Under the pieces are notes generated by a model. That model did no database searches, had not been told where the DNA came from, and saw only the letters and a list, made by a program, of their open reading frames with translations. The translations under genes were made by a program, and so were the position numbers. 64,000 bases of DNA from Octopus sinensis (Eukaryota), in contig NC_043001.1 of assembly GCF_006345805.1 (NCBI RefSeq), forward strand, positions 15,748,001 through 15,812,000, given 5' to 3'. This document shows positions 1-11,865 of the stretch, piece by piece. Every line of letters starts with the position of its first letter. The first letter of the stretch is position 1.

Positions 1-9
1 TAATATAGC

Positions 10-176
10 TTTCATTTGTTTCACTCATTAGATTTCGCCCATGCTGGGGCACCACCTTGAAGCATTTTCGTCGAATAAATCAACCTCAGTATTTGTATAT
101 TTAAGCCGGGTACTTATTCTATCGTACCCTTTCTGCCAGACCGCTAAGTTACGGGGGACGTAAACACACCAACACG
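10..176 (-). mobile_element. SINE family B, 3' half (diverged)
   Basis: Matches the recurrent ccatgctggggcaccacc...gtacttattctatc...ccgctaagttacggggacgtaaacacacca module seen more than 20 times in this window. Confidence 0.75.
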
Positions 177-464
177 GACCGACTGACCGTCCGTTTGTTT
201 ATCTATGCATACCTATATAAGTTCTACCAATTATTTATGATAAATAGACATATAAGAGATTGACTGTTTAAAAAAGAGAGATTATGACTGATAAAATAAC
301 GAAAGCAATATTTGGTAAGCAAGTGAGCATTATTATACAAAGAAATAATTAGACGTAAAGCTTTAAAATTATTAGAATTGGGAATCAAATGTGGAAATAT
401 TATCAAGGGGCTAGCAGAAAACCTCCCAGAGGGCGGTCTTTCTACTGGTGTGTGTGTGTGTGTG

Positions 465-504
<40 letters not shown>

Positions 505-506
<2 letters not shown>

Positions 507-708
507 TCTTTTACTTGTTTCAGTCATTTGACTGCGGCCATGCTGGAGCACCGCCTTTAGTCGAGCAAATCAACCCCGGGACATATTCTTTGTAAGCCCA
601 GTACTTATTCTATCGGTGTCTTTTGCCGAACCGCTAAGTGACGGGGACGTAAACACACCACCATCGGTTGTCAAGCAATGCTAGGGGGACAAGCAGACAC
701 ACAAAACA
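505..708 (-). mobile_element. SINE family B, 3' half
   Basis: actcttttacttgtttcagtcatttgactgcggccatgctggagcaccgcc...; near-identical to 55698-55900; follows (TA)n. Confidence 0.85.
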
Positions 709-1799
709 CATACAAGAGGAAGCCAAACCACACAGTTTATGGGCGGGATGTCTACAAATATATGTGTATGTAGAGAGAAAAAGAGAGATGTGTATATGTA
801 TGGGTGATTATATATACTATATATATACACGTATGTATATGTGTGATTGTATGTATGTATATATATATATATATATATATAATGTATATACACACACACA
901 CATATATATATAGAGAGAGAGAGAGATGGGGGGACAAAGAGAGAGAGAGGGAGGATGCGTACGTATGTGAGTAAAATTTTATTGATGCAATAAAAAAAAA
1001 ACACAAGAGACTGACTTATTTTCCAGCTGAGTGCTTCGGGTGGGTGTGCTGGTGGTGATGAGATAGGGGTAGGTTTGATGACAAAGTACATGCTGTAAGG
1101 GAGGGAGGTGCTGGTGATCAGGGTATTTGAAGATAGAGCGGAGAGGAGATGGAGGAGAACGGCTTGATAATAGGGTACCAACTGTAGAGGGTAGCGGTGG
1201 GGGATAAAGGTGGGCTTGATGACAGGGTTTTGTAAGGGGGGGGGGGAGAACTTCTAGTCGTAGTGATGATAATAGGGTGCTGTTCAGGGGAGCAGTGGCT
1301 ATATACGGGTGTAGAGCAAGTAGTGGTGGATTGATGACGATGGTGGTGGGGGTGGTGGAGACAGGTTTGATAACAGGTTGCTGTTAGAGGGGATGGTATT
1401 GGGGGTAAGTTTATACTGGGCTTTTTAGGGGGGTTGATGGTAGTGTGTTGCGAAGGGAGTTTCATTGTTTGCGGTGGTGGGTGGTTGGTCGTCGTCGTCG
1501 TCGTTGTGGTGCAAAGGTAGAGCTGAAGGTAAATGCAGATTTTAATAGCTTTATTAATTAGATCTTGGCGAAGGAGCCGATGTGTCCAGCGGGCTGGGAT
1601 GGGGTGGGGGCGGTTGTTCGGGGGGGGGGGGGGGGATGGTGCTGGGATGGAAAACATCTGACAAATGTCAATCACAATATGTGCCACCTTAGATGTAGGG
1701 GGCAAAAAAGAACACACACACAAACTCACTCTCTCAGAGTCACTTGCATATCTAGTACATACACATACTCAATCACTTGCATATGTACGCATATATATA

Positions 1800-1834
<35 letters not shown>

Positions 1835-2221
1835 GGCATTTGTCTGTCTGTCTGTGTGTGTCTGTCAGGTTGTACCCTCACCCTGACCACGGCTTTCAAC
1901 CGATTCTGATGAAACTTGACACACACATAGCCCAATGTCATAATTCAAAACTAACGCAGCGAAAATTTTGAAAAGTTTCCCCAGTTCTGAAAAAATCGAT
2001 AAATTCGACATGGGGTCGAGAATCTAAGCTTTTTATATGCAACACATTTTCTGTCGGGAGATGGCTAGGAACATCGTATACATAGAAGTATTCGAGTGAA
2101 GAGAATACATTGCAACCTACACATGCGCCTTCGTTCCCTAGAGGGAAAGAACTAGATTGGGATTAGTCGTTGCCTACTAGGGGCTCTTACATACCCGGGC
2201 AACGCCGGGCTATGCTGCTAG
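1800..2221 (+). mobile_element. Non-autonomous Helitron, apparently complete (~420 bp)
   Basis: 5' TC at 1800-1801 after A; 3' CTAG at 2218-2221 followed by T; GC hairpin cccgg-gcaacg-ccggg at 2194-2209 just before the end; internal (GTCT)n and ccgattctgatgaaacttg core. Confidence 0.75.
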
Positions 2222-2237
2222 TATATATATATATATA

Positions 2238-2450
2238 GATACAACCCTGCTGGCGGAGAGTGGTAAGGATCTGGAGGATCTTGTACTGCTGGTCAAGAAA
2301 GAGAGTGAGAAATGTCAAGAAAACGAAGATCATGTCAACAGCAGCCACAACAAACATCAACATCAAGATCGATAATGAAGAGATCGAAGTGGTTGATGAC
2401 TTCATCTTCCTTGGCTCCAAAATAAATCGAGATGGTGAGTGCACATCTGC
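2238..2450 (+). pseudogene. RTE (BovB-like) LINE reverse-transcriptase fragment, frameshifted
   Basis: Reads DTTLLAESGKDLEDLVLLVKKESEK then, after a frame change, NVKKTKIMST...IDNEEIEVVDDFIFLGSKINRDGECT; matches the RTE/BovB RT segment after YADD (DTTLMAES...NIQKTKIM...DFIFLGSKI). Confidence 0.85.
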
Positions 2451-2866
2451 TCTTACATATACGCAATCATATTTCCTCACAGTTACACAGTCTCTGTCTG
2501 TCTCTTCTTTTTCTTTCTCTCCGTCTCTTTCTCTGTCATAAACACACACACACACACATACACACATACACACAGGTGATGTTAGACGATCGTAAGATGC
2601 TTTAAATGAAAGTTCAGGTGATAAAATATTTTAGATGCCCGCAGCACTAGCGTGGTCATTCTAAATGCAAGAAGTAACAGATAAATCTCCCTCAGACCAC
2701 GTTCTATCTTACTAAAAAAAGAGTAGGACACCCTTTATAACACCGTCACAATGATTGTCTTTTGTGCACTGTCGACAGCGACGGAGGATCTTTCGTTTAC
2801 TGTTTGAATAAAAGACGAAATGGTCATTGCTGGAACACCCCTGATAATAGATCCAAACGATCATAA

Positions 2867-3079
2867 GGCGGCGAGCTGGCAGAATCGTTAGCACGCCGGG
2901 CGAAATGCTTAGCGGTATTTCGTCTGCCGCTACGTTCTGAGTTCAAATTCCGCTGAGGTCGACTTTGTATTTCATACTTTCGGGGTCGATAAAACAAGTA
3001 CCAGTTGCATACTGGGGTCGTTGGAATAGACTAGTCCTCTCTCCCAAAATGGCTACCATTGTGGCAAAATTTAAAACCA
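2867..3079 (+). mobile_element. tRNA-derived SINE family A (variant 3' end)
   Basis: ggcggcgagctggcagaatcgttagcacg head with A/B-box-like motifs (gttcaaattcc) and gaggtcgactttg central domain. Confidence 0.85.
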
Positions 3080-3098
3080 CTATTATTATTAGTATTAA

Positions 3099-3329
3099 GG
3101 CGGCGAGCTGGCAGAATCGTTAGCACGCCGGGCGAAATGCTTAGAGGTATTTCGTCTGCTGCTACGTTCTGAGTTCAAATTCCGCCGAGGTCGACTTTGC
3201 CTTTCATCCTTTCGGGGTCGATTAAATAAGTACTAGTTACGCACTGGGGTCGATATAATCGACTTAATCCCTTTGTCTGTCCTTGTTTGTCCCCTCTGTG
3301 TTTAGCCCCTTGTGGGTAGTAAAGAAATA
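3099..3329 (+). mobile_element. tRNA-derived SINE family A, full length
   Basis: Head through the gggtagtaaagaaata tail; near-identical to 40356-40585. Confidence 0.9.
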
Positions 3330-3342
3330 AGATAAAACTACA

Positions 3343-3605
3343 GGCGCAGGAGTGGCTGTGTGGTAAGTACCTTGCTTACCAACCACATGGTTCCAGGTTC
3401 AGTCCCACTGCATGGCACTTTGGGCAAGTGTCTTCTACTGTAGCCACGGGTCAACCAAAGCCTTGTGAGTGGATTTGGTAGACGGAAACTGAAAGAAGCC
3501 CGTCATATATATGTATATATCTGTGTGTGTGTGTGTGTGTGTTTGTCCCCCCTCCACATCGCTTGACAACCTCTGGAAACATGGGTGTTTTGTTTATCGT
3601 CCTTA
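3343..3605 (+). mobile_element. SINE family B (tRNA head, 5' half, microsatellite linker, start of 3' half)
   Basis: ggcgcaggagtggctgtgtggtaag...ggttcagtccc...gacggaaactgaaagaagcccgtc. Confidence 0.85.
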
Positions 3606-3610
3606 AAACA

Positions 3611-3866
3611 AACCTTATTCTAGGACCTTTTGAGCAGGATGCGCTACTCGACCTGAAGAAAATTCTTACTGGATCCCACCTGCAAAGAAGGTCATGCGCT
3701 GTTTATCTTGATATCAGATCACCATGTCATACACACATATGGTTGTGATGCATGTGCCTGTTGTACCCTTATTAGACGGGTAGTCATGATGGGTATATTG
3801 GGCTTCGTATCTTTGTACCCCAGTGTCACTTTGATAGCATGCACTACTCTATCACTCAATAATAAT
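3611..3866 (+). mobile_element. Probable LINE 3' UTR fragment with (AAT)n tail
   Basis: Non-microsatellite block ending cactcaataataat; resemblance to an octopus interspersed repeat is from recall only. Confidence 0.35.
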
Positions 3867-3906
3867 GATCTCTTCTACTATAAGCACAAGGTTTGAAATG
3901 TTTTGG

Positions 3907-4268
3907 GAAAGGGGGCTAGTCGATTATATCAACTTCAGTGAGCAACTGGTACTTGATATATCGACCCCGAGAAGATGAAAGGCAAAGTCGACTTCGGCGG
4001 AATTTGAACTGAGAACGTAGCGGCAGATGAAATACCTATTTCTTTACTACCCACAAGGGGCTAAACACAGAGAGAACAAACAAGGACAGACAAACGGATT
4101 AAGTCGATTATATCGACCCCAGTGCGTAACTGGTACTTTATTTATCGACCCCGAAAAGATGAAAGGCAAAGTCGACCTCGGCGGAATTTGAACTCAGAAC
4201 GTATCGGCAGACGAAATACCGCTAAGCATTCCACCCAACGTGCTAACGATTCTGCCAGCTCACCGCTT
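3907..4268 (-). mobile_element. SINE family A, head plus duplicated body (tandem form)
   Basis: Two body modules joined at gaaatacc|tatttctttactac (about 4036). Confidence 0.85.
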
Positions 4269-4299
4269 TACCAATTCTAATAATTGTTTGTTATATAAA

Positions 4300-4830
4300 T
4301 AGGACAGAAACCAGAAATTTGAAGGTAGAAGGTTAGTCGATGAAAAGATTATCTCATTATCTTATCGACCCCCAGGGAGATGAACGATGAGGCTGACCTT
4401 GGATTGAACTCAGACAAACTATTGGTTTCAGATTTTGGTACAAGGTCACAATTTTCGTGAGGTGGGAGGGTCAATTACATCAACCTCAATATTCAACTGG
4501 TACTTATTTGATCGATCCCGAAAGGATGAACAGCAAAGTCAACCTCAGTGGAATTTGAACTCAGAACTTACAGACGGACGAAATGCCGCTAAGCAAATTT
4601 ACCCGGCATTTTGCCAGACCGAATATTGAAAGCAATATATTATAAACCATAATTCTTTTAACCTTTGGTCCAAGGCCAGAAATTTTGAGGGGAGGGGCAA
4701 GTCGATTACATAGAGTCCAGTATCCACTAGCACTTTTTTCGACCCCGAAAGAATGAGAAGCAAAGCCGACCTAGGCGAGATTTGAGCCCAGAACGTGAAG
4801 GGCCAGAAGAAATACGGTTAAGCATTTTGT
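4300..4830 (-). mobile_element. Cluster of three degraded SINE A variants
   Basis: Repeated tcgaccccgaaaggatgaa...ggcggaatttgaactcaga remnants. Confidence 0.65.
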
Positions 4831-5590
4831 GTCTACCTTTGTAGTCCAGGTGGGGGATCGATACTATTAGCTGTTGTTGTTGTTCTAAACAAAACAGCCA
4901 ATATTTATCCACACCACCCCCCACCGCCAGTTCTCACACCACTCCGACGGGGGTAGAGGAGGCGTTACAACAACAGCAGGGGTGCTTGCTAATAGCCAAA
5001 ATCTTGGATCCGTTTCACACACCAGATGATGGATGGGGGCCACGATCGAAGAGGATGGAGGAGCGGGTGGAGGGTAGACGAAGATGGCTTAGGTACCGGG
5101 TGAATGGGTGTGAGTGCAGGCATGTGTGTGTGTGTGGAAAGTGGGGGGGGGAATGGAGGAGACAGCTGATTGTATGCGGACGGGATGGCTAATTGGAAAC
5201 CTAATATTTGATACGATTGCGTACGTGTGTGTGTTTGTACATGTGTATCCATACACCAGCTATTAACTACTACTACTACTACTACGATTAATATCACTTA
5301 TAATAGTAGTAGTAGTAATAACAACAAATAATAATATATGCGTATACACAGGCAATTATTTGTATTTGATAACCTTATGTAAATGTGTGTATAAGGGTAT
5401 ATACAAATATAAATACACCCGCATTTATCTAATAGCTTATGTAAATATGTGTATATATGTGTGTGTGTGTGTGTAAACGCACATACACACACGTTTATCT
5501 AATTGCCAGCTGTAAATGTATATATGAATATAGACACTTATACACACCTATCTGAGGCATATACATACGTGCGCGCGCGTCTATGGTGCA

Positions 5591-5632
<42 letters not shown>

Positions 5633-5761
5633 TGTGTTCATTCTACGCATGTATCTGAGCGAACCCTTATATAAATGTTTACCATCAGGTGAAGACTCTG
5701 TGCCCACCCGTTCTACTTAACCGTCTGGTATACAAAGGGACCTGTTGTACACCTTGTCATG

Positions 5762-5950
5762 CAACAATGATGATGATGATGATGATGATGATGATGGGGA
5801 TGGCGATAATGGTGGTGGTGGTGCTTATGGTGGTGGTTGTGGTGGTGGTAGTAATAACGATAGTGATGAAGATGATGATGATGATGATATGGTGATGAAG
5901 AAAGCGTTGATGATGGCAATGGCGGCGATGGGAACAGTGATCGTGATGGT
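5762..5950. repeat. (GAT)n/(GGT)n compound trinucleotide microsatellite
   Basis: Direct inspection; source of the poly-M/V/H/D ORFs. Confidence 0.95.
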
Positions 5951-6256
5951 TGTTTGTTCCTTCTCGAGCCATGCCTGGCTCATTAGGAGCCGGTTTCCCG
6001 GTTTCCTTGGCGTATGGGTTCCCCACCTGGACGGGACGCCGGTCCATCACAGGTGAGCTCCAAGATGCAGGAGGAAAGAGTGAGAGAGAGAGTTGTGGCG
6101 AAAGAGTCAGCAGAAATTCGCCATAACCTTCTGCCGGAGCCGCGTGGAGCTTAGGTGTTTCGCTCATAAACACACACATCGCCCGGTCTGAGATTCGAAC
6201 TCGCGATTCCTCGACCGCGAGTCCGCTGCTCTAACCACTAGGACATGTGCCTCCAC
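5951..6256 (-). mobile_element. tRNA-derived SINE family E with V-domain-like core
   Basis: Reverse complement of 40992-41285; head tggcctagtggttagagcagcggactc...gttcgaatc; gatggaccggcgtcccgtccagg resembles the V-SINE domain (recall). Confidence 0.8.
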
Positions 6257-6589
6257 GATCGTGATGGTCGTAGTGATGATGATGATGATGATGATGATGA
6301 TGACGATGACCAATCCACACATGCCCACCCATCTACATGCAACCCAGGGTTACAAGACTGTCAGAACACTGGACAACATTCAGTCGAAACGATCCAAGTT
6401 CAAATGACACCTGAGCTAAATTTGATTATATTTCAGCCATATTGGTGTCCAGTTTGACACACAAACACATAGATTAACAGTAAAGGTGGTATAATCGATT
6501 ACATCGATGACCAGGTGAATTGATTGGTATTTAGTTTATTTTAACGAATCTAGAAAATGGCGGTGGATTTTAAACACAAACCGTGAAGG

Positions 6590-6732
6590 AAGGCGCATAC
6601 GTGGCTGTGTGGTAAGAAGCTTGCTTCCTAGCGACATTGTTCCAGGTTCAATCATACTACGTGGCACCTTGGGCAAGCGACTTCTGCTGTAGTGAGTGGG
6701 TCTGGTAGACGGAAACTGAAAGAAGCCCGTCA
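6590..6732 (+). mobile_element. SINE family B, 5' half
   Basis: ggcgcatacgtggctgtgtggtaagaagcttgc...gaaagaagcccgtc. Confidence 0.75.
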
Positions 6733-6948
6733 GATGGATGGATGGATGGATGGATGGATGGATGGACAGATAGGTAGATAGAAAAACAGGGAGACAGATA
6801 GATAGATAGATAGACAGATAGAGAGACAGATAGATAGACAGACAGGCAGATAGACAGACAGACAGGCAGATAGACAGACAGACAGGCAGATAGACAGGCA
6901 GATAGACAGACAGACAGGCAGATAGACAGACAGACAGACAGGCAGATT

Positions 6949-7007
<59 letters not shown>
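6733..7007. repeat. (GATG)n/(GATA)n/(GACA)n tetranucleotide array
   Basis: Direct inspection. Confidence 0.95.
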
Positions 7008-7010
7008 CTG

Positions 7011-7336
7011 GTGAAAGCGTGTAGCTTCGTGGTTAGGATATCCGGATCACGATCGTAAAGTTGTGAGTTCGATACCCGGCAGTGATTTGTGTTCTTGAGC
7101 AAGACACTTTATTTCACCGTTGCTCCAGTCCACTCGTCTGGCAAAAATGAGTTGTACCTGTATTTCAAATGGTTAGTCTTGTCACACTCTGTGTTACGCT
7201 GAATCACCCTGGTAACTGCATTAAGGGGTACAAGTATTTGTGGAATACTCAACCACTTGCACGTTAATATCACGTACAGGCTGTTCTGTTGATCAGATCA
7301 ACTGGAGACCGCATCGTCGTAACCGACGGAGGGCCA
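7011..7336 (+). mobile_element. tRNA-derived SINE family C, full length
   Basis: gtgaaagcgtgtagcttcgtggttagg head; cttgagcaagacacttt core; tail cgtcgtaaccgacggag; reverse copies at 23721, 28492, 60074. Confidence 0.85.
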
Positions 7337-8148
7337 GCTTTTGGTCCGATTGGTCAGTTGGTCAGCAGTTTGTTCAGATGATCAATCAGTTGGTTCTTCG
7401 ATTGGCTGCTTGAATGGTCAATTGGTTGATCAGAAAATCGGTGGTCGGATGGCCGGCCGTTTGGTCAATTGCCGGTCCTTCGGTCGGTTGGTTGGCTGGT
7501 TGGTCGGTCGGTTGCCACGTACTCTTATCAACAGAGACATCTACGTGGTGCGTGACGTGACGATAGGTTTCAGTTGGAAGCGAGAAGATGCCGCCAGGGG
7601 GCGTTGGGATGGATGGTATCCAGTCTGAAATATTAGCTTATCCAAAAAAAAAAAAAAAAAAAAAAAAAAAAACAGAAAAAAATCACCTGTCGCTGGAAAA
7701 CAATCAAACAGGTGTACACGTCAACAACAGCAATGATTGGATCCGATTACGAGGTGTAAAGTGATCGTGAAATCGATGGGAGATCGATTGATTAGCCACC
7801 TTAATTAGTCCGATGATTGGCGGGCAGTACGAATCGTGTGAGTGTATTGCGTTGATATTTACGTCCGATGAGAGAAAAGGAGATGGAAGATGAGGGCGAG
7901 GAGAAAGGAGAAGAAGAAGAGGCTTGTAGGGGGTTGGAGCCATGATGGAAGAGAGGAGGAGGAGGAGGTGGAGGAGGGGGAGGCTGTTGTGTGGCGTAAT
8001 GGCGAAAGATGAACCCCCAAAAAAAGAAGAAAAAAAGGATAAATAAATGAAGGAAGGCAGAAAGGTGGATTTCGATTAATTCCTATGGGGGAATAAAATG
8101 GAAGGAAATGATTTATGCAGAGGATAAACGGTGTAGAATAGGGGGTGA

Positions 8149-8235
<87 letters not shown>

Positions 8236-8483
8236 TGTTAAAGTGATGATAATCGCAACAGGCCGATTACTTTCTCTCATATCAAACTCTTCTTTATGTA
8301 CTGACATGAAAGAAGGCCGCTATAATAACCATCACCATCACCATCATCATCATCATCATCATCAATACCATCATTGAACAGCATCACCTCTATCGAAGCA
8401 CGTTAATTTCACAGGCTGGCTGTTGTTCTGTTGATATAGGATCAACTGGTACACTCGTCGTCGTAACCGACGGAGAGCCAGAA

Positions 8484-8679
8484 TCAAAGAACGATGGACA
8501 GACAGACAGGTAAATAGACAGACAGACAGATAGATAGATAAATAGATAGATAGATAGATAGATAGATGGATAGAGAGGTAGATAGATGGATGGATGGATG
8601 GATAATATATAGATGAAGATAGTTAAATAGACAGACAGACAGGGAGAGAGAGAGAGAAAATAGACAGATAGACAAATAG

Positions 8680-8742
<63 letters not shown>

Positions 8743-8752
8743 CAGATAGATA
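8484..8752. repeat. (GATA)n/(GACA)n/(GATG)n array
   Basis: Direct inspection. Confidence 0.95.
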
Positions 8753-9191
8753 GACCTGACTCCTTCCTCTTCCGGTCAACCAGTAAATTCCCCAGGCATC
8801 GGTTCTGTCATCAGTTTATGACATAATGTCAATAACAGTATTGAATATTTTATGTTCTTTGTCGTAATTAGTCAGGTAAGACGAATCGAGGAGGGGGAGA
8901 TATACGTAACACGAACCTCTTGGCGACGTAAGAGGCGTGGGTTCGGTTTACAAAGCTGGCAGCAGGGTGAGTAGGAGATGCCGATCTACTCTGTCCATCA
9001 TATTCTCTTTCTCTCTCTTTCTGTCTATCTGTCTGTCTCTCTCTCACATACAGACCAAGGGGAAGGTGGGGATTAGGTAGAAAGAGGAATATCCAGCTGT
9101 CATCATATTTTGGGGCAGCGTATGTAATGACCATAAAACAAGGAGAGACCCACCGCTGAACAAATCAAACAACAAGACTCCACGTTACACA

Positions 9192-9230
<39 letters not shown>

Positions 9231-9415
9231 TCGAGTGAGTATGAAGTTCGCATCGTAATGATGAGATCGTAGGTTCGATTTCAACACGCGGCATATCTTG
9301 AGCATACAGTAACGGGTCATCTCCGAGAGCCTGGTGAAGGGAATCGAATAGATGGAAACTATGGGAGTTTACAATGTACCCGTTAGTGACAGTAATACAA
9401 AAAGGGGGCAACATA

Positions 9416-10030
9416 GGCGCAGGTGTGGATGCGTGACAAGAAGTTTGTTTCCCAACCGCATGGCTCTCAGGGAAAGACTTCCGCCCGTCCCCATCCCATT
9501 TTCTCCCAAATTTATTTTTGTAATTCTTATTTTTTGCCAAAAATCCTCGTTTTCGGATACGGAGGTTCCGGAAAATTGCCAAAAATCGGCATTGTGAAAT
9601 TTTCCCCCCTTCTTCCCCAACTTCTTCAATTTTAACTTTTTTCCCCAACACTAACCCTAAAAATAACCCTAAAACCGTAACCGTAAGTACAGAAATGCTT
9701 TGAAATTTTTGTCCGAATCATGATGTCCGTATTTTCCCGCATATTTTGAAAAAAAATTGTGAAAAAGGTTTAAAATGAAGGAAATGGGTGTGGGGGTAAT
9801 TTAAAAATGTCGATTTTTGCCAATTTTTTTTGCAAATTCGTATTCCTAGTAGACGAAAGGAGGGGGGGGGGTCGAAAAAAGAATGTTTTAGAAAGGGTGG
9901 GTTTTTTTGGGAGGGCGGAAGTCTTGCCGTTCTCAGTTCAGCCCCACTGTGTCGCACCTTGGGCAAGTGCCCTCGGGCCACCCAAGGGCTTGTGAGTACA
10001 TTCGGTACACGGAAATGAAAGAAGCCCATC

Positions 10031-10032
<2 letters not shown>
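9416..10032 (+). mobile_element. SINE family B 5' half, split by a MITE
   Basis: Head 9416-9470 continues colinearly at 9931 (gttcagccccactgtgtcgcaccttgggcaagtg). Confidence 0.8.
9471..9930. mobile_element. MITE (~460 bp) with terminal inverted repeats and a 6-bp target duplication; superfamily unassigned
   Basis: aagacttccgccc (9474-9486) and gggcggaagtctt (9913-9925); tctcag at 9465-9470 and 9931-9936; internal degenerate taacccta repeats at about 9651-9685. Confidence 0.75.
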
Positions 10033-10086
<54 letters not shown>

Positions 10087-10096
10087 TACGGTGATG

Positions 10097-10408
10097 GGTG
10101 TATATACACATTTCAAGAGTTATTGCTCTCTCATCAGCATTACATCCAACCCATCAAGAATCCACAAATGTATTGCTTATGCACCCACTAAGTTTAGTGA
10201 AACTAAGCTGAGCAAAACGAAATGCAGTCCTTACTAGCAATTTACGTACCAGTTGCCAGGAATGTAATTAATATGTAAATTGATCTACCTAATAGTGTTA
10301 CACCGCTAAACTTAATCGGTATATTTAAGCAATGCGTTCGTCGATAGTTGAAGGGTTGGAATTGGCGCTGATGAAAGAGCAATAACTCTCGAAAAATGAA
10401 TATACACC
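10097..10408. mobile_element. Inverted pair of Penelope-like termini, each with a type I hammerhead-like motif
   Basis: Arms 10097-10205 and 10293-10408 align as reverse complements; right arm CTGATGA-aagag-caataa-ctctc-GAAA, left arm (minus) CTGATGA-gagag-caataa-ctctt-GAAA. Confidence 0.7.
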
Positions 10409-10412
10409 AATT
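10360..10412 (+). ncRNA. Hammerhead ribozyme-like motif (type I, degenerate)
   Basis: Stem I aattggcg/caccaatt (7 of 8 pairs); core CUGAUGA 10368-10374; stem II agag/ctct; GAAA 10391-10394; AUA cleavage triplet. Confidence 0.6.
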
Positions 10413-11229
10413 ACCTATTTTATATCTTCAATCACTTTAAGTGCTGGCTCTGAGTTCTATAGAAAATCTGCAGAGACCCACCACACTATCAACACAGCCA
10501 CCTTCGCGATGCCACCACTTCTAAACTGCCTCCAATACCTCTAACAACACGGCCACCCACCTAAGCCTTATAACTACTAAACTACCACCAACACAGCTAC
10601 CTCCGCCTGCGCACCACTACTACTTCCCTACTACCAGTACCCTGACAGTCATATGAAACTACACTACCACCATCACATTATTTACACAACACCACTACAA
10701 CCATTACCACAACTATACACAACTACAAGAGCTACAACCAATATACATCCTACATACCCCCTTATATACCCGGGGTAGGTAACAACGACGACAACACAAC
10801 TGTTGTTCTTGGTTGTGTAGGTGCTGATGTTCATTTCGATAACACACCTGGTCAATTAAAGCATCAGGTGATACAAGAGTGGAGGTGGGATTCTCACCCC
10901 ACCTCACTCTCTGCCGCCGCCACCACCATCACTATCGCCGGCTCCTTGGTCGCACCTCACCACGACCACACACCGCTGTAGTATGAATGAAAGAATTGAG
11001 CGAAGAGGAGGAGGAGGAGGTGAAGAAGAACGAGGGACTTTAACACAAATGTAAGAAGCTTGTTTTCCTCACCTTTTCACACACACACACACACACACAT
11101 GTACACATACATACACACACACTTTTAAACACACGAAATGGTATATTCACACCCCACACCATATCTTCACACACACTCAATGTTAATTTAGACACACATA
11201 CATCAATACACTTTTGAAAGAACATCACA

Positions 11230-11760
11230 TTTCACTGTGTGCGTGTGTGTGTAAACACACGTGTACATATACACACATATACATACATATATGCACGCAC
11301 ACACACATATATATATATATATACATGCACACGAGTATATATGCACACACATACGCATATAGACACACATAGACACATGCACACACATACATGAACATAT
11401 ATGCACACACATACACACACACATACATGAACATATATGCACACACATATACACATACACGTATATATATATATATATATACACGAGTATGCATGCACAC
11501 ACACACACACATATATGAACATATATGCACACACATATACACATACACGTATATATATATATATACACGAGTATGCATGCACACACACACACACATATAT
11601 GAACATATATGCACACACATATACACATACACGTATATATATATATATATACACGAGTATGCATGCACACACACACACACATAATATATATATATATATA
11701 TATATATACACGAGTATGCATGCACACACACACACACACACAATATATATATATATATAC
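11230..11760. repeat. Compound (AC)/(AT) minisatellite with cacgagtatgcatgcac anchor
   Basis: Anchor recurs about every 60 bp. Confidence 0.9.
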
Positions 11761-11820
11761 CATACCAACATAAATGTCAACACGCATTTTATAAATGTGC
11801 GTGTTTAATGATATATATAT

Positions 11821-11865
<45 letters not shown>

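Noticed and set aside
3099-3200. tRNA-like heads (A/B boxes) throughout the window
   Set aside because: All continue into SINE bodies and none forms a complete cloverleaf with an acceptor stem.
4921-5192. GC-rich unique stretch with short ORFs (also 18400-18590)
   Set aside because: No convincing splice-site pair or protein similarity.
5689-6179. Poly-His/Met/Asp/Gly ORFs (also 25875-26192, 39260-39549)
   Set aside because: They are translations of trinucleotide microsatellites, open in several frames on both strands, with no splice context.
7521-7624. Minus-strand exon-like segment WIPSIPTPPGGIFSLPTETYRHV (also 9052-9155, 27062-27081, 14620-14740)
   Set aside because: One good splice site each but a weak or ambiguous partner, and no recognisable peptide; cannot be separated from chance.
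9103-9651. 182-aa minus ORF
   Set aside because: Runs across MITE, SINE and (CA)n sequence with no domain similarity.
9645-9690. Telomere-like TAACCC repeats
   Set aside because: Few, degenerate and internal to a MITE; not an interstitial telomere array.
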